DNA of 62,586 nt, counting the filler. It is 10 parts of 10 records of this genome, joined end to end, with 100 filler letters (N's around TTAATTAATTAA, not from the genome) between each part and the next. Parts side by side here need not be neighbours in the genome. Positions count along the whole stretch, not along the records: positions 1 to 6,892 come from SRR31147125_63081; positions 6,993 to 13,661 come from SRR31147125_63096; 8 more parts are not named here. One strand, 5' to 3'. Made by a program: the position numbers and the translations under genes. The stretch's first letter is position 1. The number at the start of each line of letters is the position of its first letter. The notes under the pieces were generated by a model. It saw nothing but the letters and a program-made list of their open reading frames with translations, did no database searches and was not told where the DNA came from. Of the stretch, positions 1 to 8,105 are shown in pieces.

Positions 1-537
1 TTTTATAAACTCTGGTTGAAAACCTGCATGATGAAAGCTGTAAAAAAGTGCGGTAAGAATTATGCCTGGAATAATACCAAAAGACTCATCAAAAATTTTT
101 CTCAGAAATCCATATATAAAAGTCATCTCAAAAATACCTGCAACAAATATATATGTTATTGGTATTAATGCTTCCGGACGCAACAAAACTTTTTGACCAA
201 TATCTTTTGAGTCACTTAAAAACTGTAGTAGTAAAAGACCCATAAATACAACACTAAAAATCAAACTTAATTTCCATTTTTTCTTTGTTAAACCGAAAAA
301 TTCAACACCCTTTTTTTGCTTGACTAATACATATTGAAGAGGAACGAAGAATCCAAGAATAACTTTGATAATAAGGTCTAAAACGATAAAGAAAACTGCC
401 TTGTTAAATGCAGTTTCTGCTAAAAATAGTCGAAGAAAAAAACTTAACCCAACAACTATAAATCCAAGCAGGAAAGCCATTTTAGTATCATTTGTAAAAT
501 CAAATCTTATTGATAAAAGTTGGTTCATTTTTCCCAT
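1..537 (-). CDS. CPBP (CAAX protease/Abi) family intramembrane metalloprotease, 3'-truncated at window edge; cassette 1
   Basis: Not in ORF track. Manual translation from ATG 537 (GGAGG at 546-550) is open to base 1: MGKMNQLLSIRFDF...AGIFEMTFIYGFLRK...ILTALFYSFHHAGFQPEFYK. Hydrophobic, with a variant EExxxRG motif and FxxxH motif. Confidence 0.75.
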   Translation of the reverse strand, partial: MGKMNQLLSIRFDFTNDTKMAFLLGFIVVGLSFFLRLFLAETAFNKAVFFIVLDLIIKVILGFFVPLQYVLVKQKKGVEFFGLTKKKWKLSLIFSVVFMGLLLLQFLSDSKDIGQKVLLRPEALIPITYIFVAGIFEMTFIYGFLRKIFDESFGIIPGIILTALFYSFHHAGFQPEFIK

Positions 538-567
538 ATCATAAACCTCCTAAAAAATTGTAATAGC

Positions 568-688
568 ATATAACGTTCCCGATGTGCCCCTTTGGGTCTA
601 TTTCATATACTCTATTTTAACATTTAAGGCATGAAAAAGCCCCTAATTATGTCAATTCAAGGGCATGTTGGGAACGCTCGTGTTATAA
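568..688 (-). repeat. attC-like recombination site 1 (121 bp)
   Basis: Minus strand TTATAAC...GTTATAT ends; arms (plus strand) GTTCCCGATGTGCCC / GGGCATGTTGGGAAC; lies between co-oriented genes. Confidence 0.75.
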
Positions 689-868
689 GATGGTGGTTGA
701 CGGTTTCTCTATACGCATACACACTACCATTTATAAATAAAGGCGTTGGAGAAACGTGCTCTTGAGTTACACTTACTCATGTTGTACTACTCTCAAATAC
801 TATATGTGGTTTATTTTCACCATAATCTATGTTCAAGCATGTTCAAAATACTTATTAAGTCTATGAGA

Positions 869-1507
869 TTACCATATTCCTGGTATTAACCGATTGGTTC
901 TCTTCATATAACTCACGTACTCAGGAAATTCATTCTGAAGAAATTCCTCTTCAACTTTTATTCTCCATACAAATGTCAATATTGTAATCAGCGATAAAGT
1001 CAAACATAAGTAAGAACTTAGGACTAAAGGAAAACCAATTACCTGTACAATATTTCCCAAGTAAGCCGGGTGACGGATTTTCTTATAAACGCCTGAGTCA
1101 ATAACTCTATGATTATTCCATTTTTCAACGTCTCTTGAAAAGAAATTGCCTAATGTTCTAATGCTAATTCCTCTAAAAAGTGTGCCCGTACACACCATTG
1201 TTATTCCAACCATAGTAACCAGGAGATTTTCTCGACTATAAACTAAATACTCTATAATTGGACTCAGGATAGCAGAAAACCAACAAATCGCTAAAGCATT
1301 ACTCGTGTTCTTACTCACGACTTGATTTTCACTCTTTTGTCCACGATAAAAGAACCTGTCCGAAAGCAAACTAATCATCACTAAACATAGATAAAATTGG
1401 ATAATTGTATTGTTTACCTTAAAACCAAAACGTTGAATATTTATCAATATGAAAGTCATTATTACAGCTGTTACAATTCTAATAATTATACCGATGTTCT
1501 TATTCAT
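869..1507 (-). CDS. Isoprenylcysteine carboxyl methyltransferase (ICMT/Ste14) family membrane protein; cassette 2
   Basis: TLGNFFS...GVYKKIRHPAYLG...IKVEEEFL...YVSYMKRTNRLIPGIW motifs. ATG at 1507 follows AAAGGGAG (ORF track uses upstream TTG at 1540). Confidence 0.85.
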   Translation of the reverse strand: MNKNIGIIIRIVTAVIMTFILINIQRFGFKVNNTIIQFYLCLVMISLLSDRFFYRGQKSENQVVSKNTSNALAICWFSAILSPIIEYLVYSRENLLVTMVGITMVCTGTLFRGISIRTLGNFFSRDVEKWNNHRVIDSGVYKKIRHPAYLGNIVQVIGFPLVLSSYLCLTLSLITILTFVWRIKVEEEFLQNEFPEYVSYMKRTNRLIPGIW

Positions 1508-1865
1508 AACAGGACTCCCTTTCAAAGCTAGTCTACACAATTTATCATTTTAAACTACATTAAGTATTGCGTACGACCGAGTATTGTTTTTAGTTACTGC
1601 TAATTTGAAACTCGTAAAAATAAATAACACATGAAGCTTTTCAGTTGCATAGCAATATAAACTACAGGCTTCTCAAACTGTTTACTTTAGTTGAGTTATG
1701 TGTTGCTAATTTAACTGCTTGATATATATTCAACATTTGTAATCCAATAGCTTAATATATGTATGAACTTTTTCAATGTTTGCAAATCCCCTCATTGTTC
1801 AGCGTGATTATGGGCCAATAACTTAAGTTTAGCAACACTTCAGTCTAAATCTCGATGACTGTTTC

Positions 1866-1939
1866 CCATAACGTCACGTGAACTTACGATGTGGACACCC
1901 TTCCTTGTTCCTGTCCATGTCGCAAGTTCGCTGTTAGAT
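1866..1939 (-). repeat. attC-like recombination site 2 (74 bp)
   Basis: Minus strand ATCTAAC...GTTATGG; 20-bp imperfect stem GTGAACTTACGATGTGGACA / TGTCCATGTCGCAAGTTCGC; starts 28 nt after the upstream stop codon. Confidence 0.85.
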
Positions 1940-1967
1940 GCAGTCCATAATCGTTAACACTGCTCAA

Positions 1968-2867
1968 CTAAAGGTATTGCCGAACCATCTCTACTAAGTC
2001 TTCAGGGTATTCATGTGACATTCCTTCAAGATAGTTTCGCTTATATTCGAAACCTAGCGCCATAGCTCTCTCTTCAAACAGTCTGCATTGCGGCATACAA
2101 TCCTCATTCAACTCGCCACAGATTAAAACAGTGTCTATACCTTTAGCTTTTAGAGCCATAATAACTTCATCACACATTGCTTCTACAATAGGCATCCACG
2201 GAGAAAATAAAATAACACTATCGCACTTAAATCCATCTAAAGTTATTGCTCTTAGAATAGTATTGCATCCCGCCGAAAAACCTGTTAATACAGTCTTGCT
2301 ATACACTTCTCCTTGGACCTTCTCAAGTGAACAAATCAGTTGATCTGGACCATCTCCTTCATCACTCCATCTATAAATCTGATAAGAATTTATCTCGCTA
2401 GATTGTAGGTACTCAATCTGATAACTTGGTATAATTAATTCGGACCAAAAAGCTCTACTAATCTCATTGTTCTGTTGGTTCCCATGTAAGATTACGAGAA
2501 GATTATCATCCTTCTTCTTCTCCCATGAGAAAACAGTCCTTGTGTTCTTCAATTCTTGTTCATATCTATTATTCGATATTTCAACACATGACATGAAATC
2601 GCTATGATTACGAATAATATCTAGATCATCATCTTCGAACACTTCAGGGCGATACCAAAGTCTCTTATCTATCACAGCTTCTTTAAGCCAATTAATGGCT
2701 TCATCAGTCTTATCTGATGTTGCCGCCAAGCAATATAAAAAGTTATAAACCTGACTAGACCACTCATCATCACGAATCAGGTTAGAAGCTAAATACTCGT
2801 ATGCTTTAGTCGTTCCATTGTCATCTATCAATTCTAAAGTTGCATCTAATAACTTTGTCTCTGTCAT
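1968..2867 (-). CDS. Alpha/beta hydrolase with helical (TPR-like) N-terminal domain; cassette 3
   Basis: VILHG, nucleophile elbow GFSAG (GxSxG), C-terminal GMSHEYP His. Confidence 0.75.
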   Translation of the reverse strand: MTETKLLDATLELIDDNGTTKAYEYLASNLIRDDEWSSQVYNFLYCLAATSDKTDEAINWLKEAVIDKRLWYRPEVFEDDDLDIIRNHSDFMSCVEISNNRYEQELKNTRTVFSWEKKKDDNLLVILHGNQQNNEISRAFWSELIIPSYQIEYLQSSEINSYQIYRWSDEGDGPDQLICSLEKVQGEVYSKTVLTGFSAGCNTILRAITLDGFKCDSVILFSPWMPIVEAMCDEVIMALKAKGIDTVLICGELNEDCMPQCRLFEERAMALGFEYKRNYLEGMSHEYPEDLVEMVRQYL

Positions 2868-2904
2868 AATATTCCTCTTTCTTTTTACCCAGATTATGGA
2901 TTGC

Positions 2905-2966
2905 TGCTAACGGATTTACGACCAAACCGACGTATGGTTTTCATGTTGGTTGTCGCTGTGTTATCT
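2905..2966 (-). repeat. attC-like recombination site 3 (62 bp)
   Basis: Minus strand AGATAAC...GTTAGCA; arms CGACCAAACCGACGT / ATGTTGGTTGTCG; shares TAACGGATT and GGTTTTCATG with site 4. Confidence 0.8.
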
Positions 2967-3046
2967 ATTGATGTTAATCAGCTTTGCTTATTATTTATCT
3001 AAATTACATAAACTTTTTGGTTGCTATCAATCTATTTATATCAGAA

Positions 3047-5125
3047 CTATGTTTTAGACCAAAATAGAAATGGCTCGTCAGCTTGCTTAATAGAAACAGT
3101 AATATTTTTATCCAAATATTTTGAATGATTACAAGTTATATAATTTTCATGGCATAAATCACACTGTGCATTTTCGATTAAAAAGGCACTAGAAGGTTTA
3201 ATTATTCTACTTTGAAGTTGCTCAAAGATATCAATCTCCTCATCAGGAATTTTTAAAAGATATTCAACTCCATTATTTGTATATCTATACTTATACCAAT
3301 CTGGATTAACTGCTATCCTTTTAATTTGCAATACTCCAGAATTTTGAATTGTTGAATAATCGAAACCAGAATAATTGAATTGATTCAATTCCTCAGAGAG
3401 TTTATCTAAAAATAATCCTATTTTATAATTTTGAAGTGGAAATTCATCTCTATACTTTACTAAAAAGTCTTGTATATTTAATGTATTTCCGTAAAAAGAC
3501 ATTCGAACTTCTTTGTTTTCAATAATCCAAGCTAAAGTAAAGGAAATAAATTTAAACTCCATTTCCGTATTATTTATAATTGATATTAATGCATCAAAAG
3601 TTTTTTTCATTTTAGTTTTTAAATTTATTTTACCATGATGGATTATAGGTAAATCAAGGATTGAATCATCAAATTTAATGAATTTAACATTTTGAGGGAT
3701 TTCAATATTTTCACTATAATTCTTTAGAATTTTAATAAACTCTATAGCATGAAAATTCATTACATAGATATCATCTTCAAAAGTCCATTTATCCAATACA
3801 ATAATTTCTTTATCAATGCCTATATATTTTGTATTTATTTTACTATATGAAATAAACACTCTAAAGCCTTCATTATCTTCTATTTTATGAGGAATGATAT
3901 CTAAAGTACTTAAAAACTCATTTTTCTCGAAAGATTTGCTTGATTCGCTAAAAGTTTTTTCATTAATCTCTTCCCCAAAATATTCTCTTATATTGTAATT
4001 GTCTTTATAGTAATGAATCACTAAATTTTTCCATTGGTCTATTGAAATCTCTCCATCGATTCGAAATAATTTATTGTAATCGGAGTTTTTCTTTGCGTGA
4101 GATATGTCAGTGTCATTTCTTTCTAGCATTTTAATTTCATCATAAATCTTTATTGCTCCATCAAAATGTTCTAAGGAGTTGTTTTCAAAGTCATATATTG
4201 TGTGAATATACTTGCAACTATATTTATCATTAGATATAGATTTATTTGGTTGAAGCAATATTTCCTCAACTTCAAATTCTAATTTGTTTTCTTTTTTATT
4301 GTTTTTCCACCAAAACTCAGTACGGTCTAAGCCATAATAATATTCATCAAGTTCATTTGCCTTATAAACAGTTACCCCTGTTCTTATTTTATCAATTTCA
4401 ATGTTAAATTTTGGTCCTCTCCAATATTCAAGCTCGCTAACGAGTTTCGAAGTAGGGTGATAACCAATCATATTTTCATCCAAAGCTAATCTAACATTAA
4501 GTTTATTATTTCCATAGCAATTTAACAATTCATCAAGGAAAAAATAATTAAAATTATTCTTATTTGATAGAGACCTTCTAAAAAATTTGTGTGCAAATAT
4601 AATCCAGTTTGCATTTTTCAGCTTAAACTTACCTTGACCTATATATTCAAAATTATTTAGTAAGTCTTTTAAATATATTAAGTTATTTTTGTCTTTTTTC
4701 TCGAAAATATTTGGAAAAGCTTTTTTAGCAATAAAAGTATCCAAGATAGAAATACAAGAGTTGTTTACTATTCTAAACTTATCACTAATATGTTCTGAAA
4801 AATCCTGAAAGAAAATACTTTTATATTTTTCACTTAAATTATTTTCTTTTTGTTTTTCAATGTTTTTATAATGATTTGCTAAATTGTTGAACTCTTCCTT
4901 TGTCTCACATAAGTAGTTTTCACCCAGTGTTATAGATAAATTTGGAGTAATCAAAATTCCGATTGGCATACTCCAACCTATTAATTTTGTAAAATCATGA
5001 TTTAAAAGTAATGGATTACCTTTAAGAAAAGTTCGATTATAAGCATCTTCAAGAGCTTTGACTGTAAAACGATAATTATATTTATTTGTTTTGTCAGTGT
5101 TCATGATAATCCTTGATATATTCAT
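3047..5125 (-). CDS. Hypothetical 692-aa protein with prohead-protease-like N-terminal motif and C-terminal CxxC-x6-CxH; cassette 4
   Basis: Long AT-rich ORF filling the space between two attC-like sites; motifs GNPLLLNHDFTKLIGW and CDLCHENYITCNH. The ORF is secure, the function is not. Confidence 0.7.
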   Translation of the reverse strand: MNISRIIMNTDKTNKYNYRFTVKALEDAYNRTFLKGNPLLLNHDFTKLIGWSMPIGILITPNLSITLGENYLCETKEEFNNLANHYKNIEKQKENNLSEKYKSIFFQDFSEHISDKFRIVNNSCISILDTFIAKKAFPNIFEKKDKNNLIYLKDLLNNFEYIGQGKFKLKNANWIIFAHKFFRRSLSNKNNFNYFFLDELLNCYGNNKLNVRLALDENMIGYHPTSKLVSELEYWRGPKFNIEIDKIRTGVTVYKANELDEYYYGLDRTEFWWKNNKKENKLEFEVEEILLQPNKSISNDKYSCKYIHTIYDFENNSLEHFDGAIKIYDEIKMLERNDTDISHAKKNSDYNKLFRIDGEISIDQWKNLVIHYYKDNYNIREYFGEEINEKTFSESSKSFEKNEFLSTLDIIPHKIEDNEGFRVFISYSKINTKYIGIDKEIIVLDKWTFEDDIYVMNFHAIEFIKILKNYSENIEIPQNVKFIKFDDSILDLPIIHHGKINLKTKMKKTFDALISIINNTEMEFKFISFTLAWIIENKEVRMSFYGNTLNIQDFLVKYRDEFPLQNYKIGLFLDKLSEELNQFNYSGFDYSTIQNSGVLQIKRIAVNPDWYKYRYTNNGVEYLLKIPDEEIDIFEQLQSRIIKPSSAFLIENAQCDLCHENYITCNHSKYLDKNITVSIKQADEPFLFWSKT

Positions 5126-5168
5126 TTAAGGTTTCCTTTCAGTTGTTTTAAAAAAGCTGGTTTTTTTC

Positions 5169-5230
5169 AGATAACGGATTGATGGTTCAGATGCCGTGCG
5201 GTTTTCATGGAATCTGCCGCTCTGTTATGT
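5169..5230 (-). repeat. attC-like recombination site 4 (62 bp)
   Basis: Minus strand ACATAAC...GTTATCT; arms CAGATGCCGTG / CATGGAATCTG; starts 6 nt after the ATPase stop codon. Confidence 0.8.
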
Positions 5231-5236
5231 ATAGCA

Positions 5237-6838
5237 TTATAGCTTTAAATCTGAATAATATAGAAAACCTCTTTTAGCATTACTTCTTAAATCATTTTGA
5301 ATATATTTTACTAAATTTTGAGGATTCATTAATCTATAGTAATATGCAATAGAAATATCTATAAGGAAAATAGAACCAATTGGAGAAGAGATGTTAGAAG
5401 AGATATTTTTAACTCTTCTTGTTCGATTCAGGTTATGTACAATTCCTCTATAAATCAAATTGCCAATTTTTCTTTTATCTAGTCTACTTAGACTAATAAA
5501 TACATGAATTGGTGTTTTTTTATCTTTTTTTTCATTTTTTGTTTCTGTTGATGTATTTCTTTGCATTAATTTTGGGACTATTTTTCCTTCTAAAATCTCT
5601 AAATCTTCATCGCTTAAATGACTTTCATTTAAAATTTCATTATCAACAATAGTTTGAATGGCTGTTCCAATAGTATTAAAATCTAATTTTTTGATTTTAT
5701 TTTCAGATGCAAATTTTTTCTTTCCATTCTCATAAGCGGTGTCTAGTATTTGAAAATATCTTCGAGGTAAACCGTTAGACGCAAAAGCTGCAAGTAAAAA
5801 ACTTTTCTCATCTTCAAATAACCAAAGTATATCTCCGCTAGATTCAGGAGCATATTGCTCAAGTCTTTTTTTAGTTAGATATTTATAAAATAATTCAAAT
5901 TCATCAGTTAAAATATCCATTTCTAAATATTTCATAGTGCAATCTTCTCCAGAAATGAACTCAAATTCATCGCCTTTTGAGATAGAAGGATAATGTGTAT
6001 TATTTGGAGGATAAACTCCACCAATAAAATACATACTATTTTCCTTTAAGGAAGTCTCGTTACTTGAACGAATTAATTTTAATAATCTAAAAATTTCTTT
6101 TTGTTTTCCTTTTGATACTCCAGAAATTTCATCAATAAGAAGAAGACTATAATCAATTTTTAAAATCTCTTTTAAACTTTTAAAAAAACTAATAAGATAT
6201 TTTGAAGAATTTTTATGTGCTAATTGTTCTAAAACATATTCGAATTCATTCTCTTCTTTTTTCTTTCCACTTAAAGTTGCAATTGATTTTTTTAATCCTG
6301 CTGAAATTTCTTCACTATCTTTATTAATTACTTTTATATTTCCACTATATAATTTTTCATTTAAATCTTTAATCAGTTTATCTATTTTATTTAAGAATAC
6401 ATCAAAATTCGTTTCACATAAAAATGGGAAAATAGGGAGTTCTTTTTCAAGTGCAGTTAACACAAAAGGATTTGCTCCTTCCTCAATAATTTTTTGATTT
6501 TCTTTTATAGTTATAACCATATTTTCAACAATACTTGTATATAAATGAATTCTAAATTCTTCTTCCCTTAAAGTTTCATATTCTGAATACCTAGCTAATG
6601 AGATATAAACAGGAAGAACTCTTTTTACAGAAAAATTTTCTAAAACTTTTTGTCTAATAACTTTTAAAATATGTGTTTTCCCTGTTCCTCTAATTCCTTC
6701 TAAAAGGAGATTTTCATTATTTTCTGTAAGTTCATCAATATCCAAACCAATATCGGCATGAGTAACATAATTAAACTTTGTTTGAGCATCTTTCGAAAAA
6801 AACTCGTTATTTATTTCAATAAATCCCAATATAATCAC
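5237..6838 (-). CDS. P-loop ATPase (ORC/CDC6- or STAND-like AAA+); cassette 5
   Basis: Walker A LLLEGIRGTGKT, Walker B LLLIDE, ASNGLPRRY (GxPR) motif. The real start may be TTG at 6829 given RBS spacing. Confidence 0.75.
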   Translation of the reverse strand: MIILGFIEINNEFFSKDAQTKFNYVTHADIGLDIDELTENNENLLLEGIRGTGKTHILKVIRQKVLENFSVKRVLPVYISLARYSEYETLREEEFRIHLYTSIVENMVITIKENQKIIEEGANPFVLTALEKELPIFPFLCETNFDVFLNKIDKLIKDLNEKLYSGNIKVINKDSEEISAGLKKSIATLSGKKKEENEFEYVLEQLAHKNSSKYLISFFKSLKEILKIDYSLLLIDEISGVSKGKQKEIFRLLKLIRSSNETSLKENSMYFIGGVYPPNNTHYPSISKGDEFEFISGEDCTMKYLEMDILTDEFELFYKYLTKKRLEQYAPESSGDILWLFEDEKSFLLAAFASNGLPRRYFQILDTAYENGKKKFASENKIKKLDFNTIGTAIQTIVDNEILNESHLSDEDLEILEGKIVPKLMQRNTSTETKNEKKDKKTPIHVFISLSRLDKRKIGNLIYRGIVHNLNRTRRVKNISSNISSPIGSIFLIDISIAYYYRLMNPQNLVKYIQNDLRSNAKRGFLYYSDLKL

Positions 6839-6859
6839 TTCCTTTAAAATTTCAATTGT

Positions 6860-6892
6860 ACATAACGTTGAATGACATAGATGAAGTGTGGT
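6860..6892 (-). repeat. attC-like site 5, truncated by contig end
   Basis: Plus strand ACATAACGTTGAATGACATAGATGAAGTGTGGT parallels site 4 (AGATAACGGATTGATGGTTCAGATGCCGTGCGGT). Its core GTTATGT is exactly complementary to ACATAAC at the other end of the same cassette. Confidence 0.7.
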
Positions 6893-6992
6893 NNNNNNNN
6901 NNNNNNNNNNNNNNNNNNNNNNNNNNNNNNNNNNNNTTAATTAATTAANNNNNNNNNNNNNNNNNNNNNNNNNNNNNNNNNNNNNNNNNNNN
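6893..6992. other. Artificial contig linker (first of nine; others 13662-13761, 19280-19379, 24792-24891, 30448-30547, 36198-36297, 42757-42856, 50024-50123, 56869-56968)
   Basis: Identical 100-nt N-run/TTAATTAATTAA/N-run with stops in all six frames; composition and gene content change abruptly across each. Confidence 0.98.
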
Positions 6993-7140
6993 CGCAGGCG
7001 AGTTTTGCGAGCGCAGCTTGAAGCGCTGGAATGGAGGGCACCCGAAGGGCAAGACATCCGGGTGCGTTTCTTTGGTTACTTTGTTGTCGCATAACAACAA
7101 AGTAACATGGCGTGCGAGGCCATAACCCCGCGACCCTGAT
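6993..7140. repeat. Intergenic palindromic (REP/MITE-like) element, truncated at contig start
   Basis: Perfect 13-bp stem GTTACTTTGTTGT-cgcata-ACAACAAAGTAAC (7075-7106), preceded by GCACCCG...CGGGTGC hairpin. Confidence 0.55.
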
Positions 7141-7167
7141 TGACATTTTCGTGTTAAAGGGAAAAAA

Positions 7168-7665
7168 CTAAACGGCCTTCTTCCGGGCAATACACAAGCA
7201 CTCCCCTTCGGCAAAAATCGTCTCTCCGTCACGAATGGCACCGTGAACCATGACTTTACGGCCATCGACCGAAACAATTTTACTGTCAACAGTCACAACC
7301 TGTTCCAGCGGTAACAGGTTACGAAAACTGATATTGAGGTTGCCGACAACGACGGGATAACCGGCGGTCCAAGCCGCCAGGCCGAGCACTTCATCCAGAA
7401 CCGCGGCCATGGCCCCACCATGAGCATGTCCCGGAGGGCCTTCCGTTTCGGGACCGAACCAGATTCTGGCGCGCAGCAGCCCTTCTTGGTTTTTATAATA
7501 CCGGACCCGGTAACGGTTGCCGTCCCCTTCCCCGGACACGAAACGGAGTGACGCACCCACCAGCGCCGGAGCATCAAAGGGGGTCCAGTCCGTCTCACCG
7601 GACAGGTCAACCTGTGGTCGAATTTCTTCTTTCATCGTCTCTCCTCCCATATTCATCTCTGCCAT
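7168..7665 (-). CDS. PaaI family (hotdog-fold) thioesterase
   Basis: EGPPGHAHGGAMAAVLDEVLG motif. Confidence 0.88.
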   Translation of the reverse strand: MAEMNMGGETMKEEIRPQVDLSGETDWTPFDAPALVGASLRFVSGEGDGNRYRVRYYKNQEGLLRARIWFGPETEGPPGHAHGGAMAAVLDEVLGLAAWTAGYPVVVGNLNISFRNLLPLEQVVTVDSKIVSVDGRKVMVHGAIRDGETIFAEGECLCIARKKAV

Positions 7666-7690
7666 AACAGCTGAGTGAAAAGCACAGAAT

Positions 7691-7720
7691 AAAAGGGCCG
7701 CTGGTGCTCAGCGACCCTTA
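7691..7720 (-). terminator. Rho-independent terminator after hisE
   Basis: Stem AAGGGCCGCTG / CAGCGACCCTT with a T-run on the minus strand, about 20 nt after the hisE stop. Confidence 0.6.
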
Positions 7721-7741
7721 TCAACTTTTTGCAATCACCGT

Positions 7742-8086
7742 CTACTTGCTACGGCTCTGTTTTTCCTCAATCCCCGACAGTCCGAATCGACGCCGTAGTT
7801 CAGCGTAAATCTGTTCAGGTTCTATTTCATAGTATCCCATCAGCACAAGGGTATGGAAAAAGAGATCGGCGATCTCATAAACGACCTCTTCCCTGTCCCC
7901 ACCTTTACCGGCGATGGCAGTTTCGGTTGCTTCTTCACCAACTTTACTGAGGATTTTGTCGAGGCCCTTATCAAACAGGGACTTGACGTAGGACGTCTCA
8001 CCATCGGCCATTTGCTTACGTTCAAGGACAATCTGGTAGACCGCTTCGAGAATATCCTGATCGGATTTGACAGTTTCTTCAGCCAT
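7742..8086 (-). CDS. hisE: Phosphoribosyl-ATP pyrophosphohydrolase
   Basis: SYVKSLFDKGLDKILSKVGEEATE...YEIADLFFH; start taken at ATG 8086 after AAGGA. Confidence 0.93.
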   Translation of the reverse strand: MAEETVKSDQDILEAVYQIVLERKQMADGETSYVKSLFDKGLDKILSKVGEEATETAIAGKGGDREEVVYEIADLFFHTLVLMGYYEIEPEQIYAELRRRFGLSGIEEKQSRSK

Positions 8087-8105
8087 TGATCTTTCCTTTG
8101 GGGGG

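Noticed and set aside
568-6892. Contig 1 palindromes as CRISPR repeats or simple terminators
   Set aside because: They are non-identical, spaced by whole genes, lack U-tracts, and show cassette-wise core complementarity.
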